DNA of 32,000 nt from Promethearchaeota archaeon (GTDB taxonomy: Archaea; Asgardarchaeota; Lokiarchaeia; Sigyniarchaeales; SOKP01): positions 297,392 to 329,391 of the forward strand of contig JAUWGH010000004.1 of the NCBI GenBank assembly GCA_030606485.1, given 5' to 3'. A model generated the notes under the pieces. The model did not search any database. It was given only the letters and a program-made list of their open reading frames with translations, and was not told where the DNA came from. The translations under genes were made by a program, and so were the position numbers. Every line of letters begins with the position of its first letter. Position 1 is the first letter of the stretch. Below are positions 28,380 to 32,000 of the stretch, one piece after another.

Positions 28380-29465
28380 TTAAAAACAATTCCAATATTC
28401 TGATAAGTTATTCTTGATTTGTTTGATAAGTCTTTCCTGGGTATATTCAAGTATTTTTTCATCAGATTTTCTTTCATCTTCGGAAATTAAATCAGTTTCA
28501 CTGTTTAGAACTTTTAATACATTATATATTGCTTGAGCCTGTTTATCTAATTCATATCCTCCTTCTAAAGTAATTAAGATTTTTCCATTGGCATAATCAT
28601 CAGCTAGTGATTTAATCAGTTTTGTAAGATTTGCTGGCCCTTGGATTGTCCAGCCCATTCTTGTCAGGAGGTCGGTATGATGAGTATCAAAACCAGCAGA
28701 GATTAGGATAAATTCTGGTTTAAATTCATTTGTTATTGGAATTGCTATTTCTTTATACAACAATTGAATTATATCATCACCAGAGGAAGGAGCCATAGGG
28801 AAATTGATTATATGGCCCTCTCCCTTTCCTGAGCCAATTTCATTAGTAAATCCGGTTCCAGGATAGAGAGTTCGTCCATCTTGATGAGAACTGAAAAAAA
28901 GTAATTGTCCATTTTCTGAGCCATCATAAAATATGTCTTGGGTTCCGTTTCCATGGTGGCAATCCCAATCGAAGATTGCAACTTTTTTTACATTTTTTTC
29001 TCTAAAGAGATATTCCGCAGCGATTGCAATATTATTAAAAATACAAAAACCTGCGCATTTATATTTATTGGAATGATGCCCAGGTGGTCTAACAAGACCA
29101 AAAGCGCTACTAATTTCTCCCTTTAATATTTTATCAATACCAGTTAAATTTCCCCCAACTGAATATAAAGAAGATTCAAAAGTATCTCCAGAAACAACGG
29201 TGTCCATATCGATATTTTTTAAACTCTCTGTTTTTGCTGCTAAATCACTTAGTTCCTTAATTTGCTCAATTAGCCTCTCCGAGTGAACATATTTTATCTG
29301 ATCAATGGTTGCCTTGCGGGGTTTAATAACTGGAAATTCTTTAGAGTTCCAAATACCCTTTTCCTCTAAAAATTTTTTCGCTACAATAAGTCTTTTTGGC
29401 GTCTCTACATGGACTCCTACTTCATGTTTTAAATAAATCTCGTCATAAATTAATCCAACTGGCAT
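28380..29465 (-). CDS. Histone deacetylase family protein (HDAC/acetylpolyamine amidohydrolase superfamily)
   Basis: LVRPPGHHS, CIFNNIAIAA, IFDWDCHHGNGTQDIFY, ISAGFDTHHTD, TLEGGYE; the metal-binding and catalytic residues look intact. Confidence 0.94.
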   Translation of the reverse strand: MPVGLIYDEIYLKHEVGVHVETPKRLIVAKKFLEEKGIWNSKEFPVIKPRKATIDQIKYVHSERLIEQIKELSDLAAKTESLKNIDMDTVVSGDTFESSLYSVGGNLTGIDKILKGEISSAFGLVRPPGHHSNKYKCAGFCIFNNIAIAAEYLFREKNVKKVAIFDWDCHHGNGTQDIFYDGSENGQLLFFSSHQDGRTLYPGTGFTNEIGSGKGEGHIINFPMAPSSGDDIIQLLYKEIAIPITNEFKPEFILISAGFDTHHTDLLTRMGWTIQGPANLTKLIKSLADDYANGKILITLEGGYELDKQAQAIYNVLKVLNSETDLISEDERKSDEKILEYTQERLIKQIKNNLSEYWNCF

Positions 29466-29621
29466 TTTTAAAACCTTTCAATCATTAGATGGTTTTCATT
29501 TAATTGAATATAAATAATTTCTGAAGGTTAAAAAGATTTGGGGATAATTTTGGATTAATTCTTTTTAGGTATTGACTTAAAGAAAAGTATTAAAACACAA
29601 ACTAATTTAATATTTACAAAG

Positions 29622-30143
29622 ATGAGTGATATTCAAGTGTTTAAATTTAAGTTTGTTATAATTGGTGAAAACGCTGTAGGAAAGACATCTTTAGCGAGAT
29701 CTTTTGTATCTAAGCAATTTGCTACGGATTATAAACCGACAATTGGCAGTAATATCTTTATGCATAATGTTTCTTTATCAGATAATCTTAATGTCTCAGT
29801 TGCTTTATTTGATATTGCTGGTCAAGAGAAGTGGGCAATGATGAGGCATATTTATTATGAAGGAGCTCAAGCAGCTTTTTTAGTTGGGGATGTAACAAGA
29901 GATCGTTCTTTCGATGAGTTAGCAAATTTTTGGTATCCAGATTTTATAAAATTCTGTGAGAAAAAGCCAACAATCTTACTTGCAAATAAGAGTGATTTAG
30001 AATCAAAAACGGATAAGAAGAAAATTGAAGAAGCGGCAAAAAAAATAGGAGCTATAGATATTGTTTATACTTCTGCAAAAACGGGAGAAAATTGTGATGA
30101 TGCGTTAAAAAAGCTCGTATTATATTGTATGAATCAAATTTAA
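29622..30143 (+). CDS. Ras/Rab-like small GTPase
   Basis: GENAVGKTS (G1), PTIGSNI (G2), DIAGQEKW (G3), ANKSD (G4), TSAKTGEN (G5). No C-terminal Cys prenylation motif (ends YCMNQI). Confidence 0.94.
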   Translation: MSDIQVFKFKFVIIGENAVGKTSLARSFVSKQFATDYKPTIGSNIFMHNVSLSDNLNVSVALFDIAGQEKWAMMRHIYYEGAQAAFLVGDVTRDRSFDELANFWYPDFIKFCEKKPTILLANKSDLESKTDKKKIEEAAKKIGAIDIVYTSAKTGENCDDALKKLVLYCMNQI

Positions 30144-30144
30144 C

Positions 30145-32000
30145 TCATCTATTATCCACAAATTTTATATATTTATTTCTAGGTTTATAAAGAGTTCCTT
30201 CTTTTACAGCTTGATCAATGGTTTCCTCAATAAATTCTTTATCTAGATCTTCTTCCATTTCAAGTATTTCCATAACATTTTCTATTTCGACTGCTTTTCC
30301 GTCATTTTCATTGATCATATTCTTTATTCTATCTAAGATTTTAGTTATTTTATTTATCTTTGAGCGAGTCTGTCCGGTAAAAATTCTATCGATGTCAAAT
30401 TTACCAGTGCTTTCATCATATCCTACATCTCGTAAGAATCTGTTAAATATTTTTATTATTTCTTCGACATCTTCTATTAAAACTTTATCTCTTAAAGCCA
30501 TTTTTGCATATGATTCACTTAATCTAATCAAAGCTTCTAAATTTCTTGCTAATATTGATATTATTGCTTGTTCTGCATCGTATTTACCTCTTAAATCTAA
30601 ATAATACTCCTTTATTTTATCTTTTGCTTCTTGTGTTAAAACTGGAAAACAATTATTACGTGCATAATGAATATATTTTTTAAGAAGGTCATGATTTATG
30701 GGAATTAATGGTTCGTCAGCATTTTGAGAGATTTTTGTAAAATCACCAGTAGCTTGTTCTAAAATGAATTCTGCCAATTGAGCGTCTTTAGCTTTATCAG
30801 GCTCATCCATAACAATAAAAATAAGATCAAACCTTGAAAGTAATGTTGGTGGTTGTCTAATGTTCTCAGTAGGTGTCTTATATTTATTATATCTACCCTG
30901 ATAGGGATTTCCAGCAGCAATTATACCAGTTTGAGCTCTTAATGTAGCTATAATTCCTGCCTTGGCTATACTAACGGTCTGTTGAGCCATCGCCTCGTGT
31001 ATTGCAGCAATATCTTGTGATTCCATTTTATCAAACTCATCTATAGCAGCAATTCCTCCATCAGCTAATACAATTGCCCCAGCTTCAAGAGACATAGTTC
31101 CTGTATCTGGATCTTTTACAACAGCTGCCGTAAGTCCTACAGCTGTAGAGCCTTTACCAGATGTATATAATGCTCGGGGAGAAACATTAACAGCGGCCTT
31201 AAGAATCTCACTTTTCCCAGTTCCAGGATCTCCTACAAATAATACATGAATATCTCCTCTTCTATAAGTTCCATCAATTTTTTTTAATCTAGTACCCCCA
31301 AACAAGCATAAAGCGGTTGCCAACTTCAAATCCTCTCTTCCATATATGGATGATGCAATAGATCTGGCGATTTTCCTTTGAATATATGGTTCTGCAGCGA
31401 GTTCTTTAATTTGTTGCAGTTCTTCTGGAGTTGGATAAAAATCTTTATCCTCTTTATCTGAAGATTTAATAGAATTCACATCAATAAAAGTTCTAAATAT
31501 AAGTGAGCCTTTTCCTTTAGCATTTTTTTGTGGCAATGATTTGAAAGCTCCCATTATTTTTACACGATCACCAGGACGTACTTTATCGACTAAATCTTTA
31601 ATAAGAATCCCATCAATGGATCTAGGTATTCTTCCAGCTGGCAACTCTTCTGGTGTTTCCTGTATTGTTATTTTCTGCCAATCAATAAAATCAGATTTTT
31701 TAGAAATGAAAATAAAATCTTTTTGAGTATTTGCCTTACATTTTGGATTCATACAATGATTTGGCCAAATAAGTGTGTTGGATAGTTGAATTTGTGGGAA
31801 TTCAGTATCGCATCTTAAACATTTATAAATCGCATTTTCTAATTTTGGACGAACAGTAGAAGCGCGAAGCAAAATTCCACGTGTAAAAATTAATTTATCA
31901 ATATGTTTTGATCTTAATCCTCTAAGCAAAATAAGATTAGAATCATTATCTGTTGAAATTTGAATAAAATATTCTACTTCATCCTTTAATTTGCCTCCAG
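30145..32000 (-). CDS. mcm: Replicative DNA helicase MCM (5' end truncated by window)
   Basis: GDPGTGKSEILK (Walker A), LADGGIAAIDEFDKM (Walker B), PPTLLSRFDLIFI arginine finger, CLRC...HCMNPKC zinc finger. The listed TTG start at 31929 is internal: the frame continues to the window edge (GGKLKDEVEYFIQISTDNDSNLI...). Confidence 0.96.
   Translation of the reverse strand, partial: GGKLKDEVEYFIQISTDNDSNLILLRGLRSKHIDKLIFTRGILLRASTVRPKLENAIYKCLRCDTEFPQIQLSNTLIWPNHCMNPKCKANTQKDFIFISKKSDFIDWQKITIQETPEELPAGRIPRSIDGILIKDLVDKVRPGDRVKIMGAFKSLPQKNAKGKGSLIFRTFIDVNSIKSSDKEDKDFYPTPEELQQIKELAAEPYIQRKIARSIASSIYGREDLKLATALCLFGGTRLKKIDGTYRRGDIHVLFVGDPGTGKSEILKAAVNVSPRALYTSGKGSTAVGLTAAVVKDPDTGTMSLEAGAIVLADGGIAAIDEFDKMESQDIAAIHEAMAQQTVSIAKAGIIATLRAQTGIIAAGNPYQGRYNKYKTPTENIRQPPTLLSRFDLIFIVMDEPDKAKDAQLAEFILEQATGDFTKISQNADEPLIPINHDLLKKYIHYARNNCFPVLTQEAKDKIKEYYLDLRGKYDAEQAIISILARNLEALIRLSESYAKMALRDKVLIEDVEEIIKIFNRFLRDVGYDESTGKFDIDRIFTGQTRSKINKITKILDRIKNMINENDGKAVEIENVMEILEMEEDLDKEFIEETIDQAVKEGTLYKPRNKYIKFVDNR

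Noticed and set aside
30218-31726. Plus-strand ORFs of 128 and 61 aa, and the 62-aa ORF at 28938-29126
   Set aside because: Antisense to mcm or the HDAC gene, both strongly supported by motifs.
31927-31929. TTG at 31929 as the true MCM start
   Set aside because: The frame continues to the window edge with plausible MCM N-terminal sequence.

Overview
The window is AT-rich and reads as archaeal chromosome, probably from an Asgard/Lokiarchaeota-like lineage (inference from MCM, CofD/CofE, a Ras/Rab-like GTPase, longin-like proteins and an HDAC together). It contains no rRNA, tRNA, CRISPR array or mobile element that I can support. Main content: (1) a 5'-truncated HerA-like ATPase C-terminus, a flavin reductase-like protein, and a convergent glmS/nagB pair; (2) two longin-like proteins next to a leucyl-tRNA synthetase of bacterial type; (3) a tight six-gene plus-strand operon joining a two-radical-SAM + LplA lipoate module (LipS1/LipS2-like) to F420 biosynthesis genes cofE, an FbiB-C-terminal-like nitroreductase, and cofD; (4) a roughly 12 kb seven-gene minus-strand operon in which MoxR ATPase, DUF58 and DUF4350-like genes are coupled to membrane and surface proteins. 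The first gene of that operon encodes a 1471-aa surface protein whose transglutaminase-like domain appears to have lost the catalytic Cys and His. It also carries four tandem two-domain Ig-like modules. This operon is the best candidate for a poorly described system; (5) a polyproline/coiled-coil/zinc-ribbon protein, an HDAC-family deacetylase, a small GTPase and a 5'-truncated MCM helicase.
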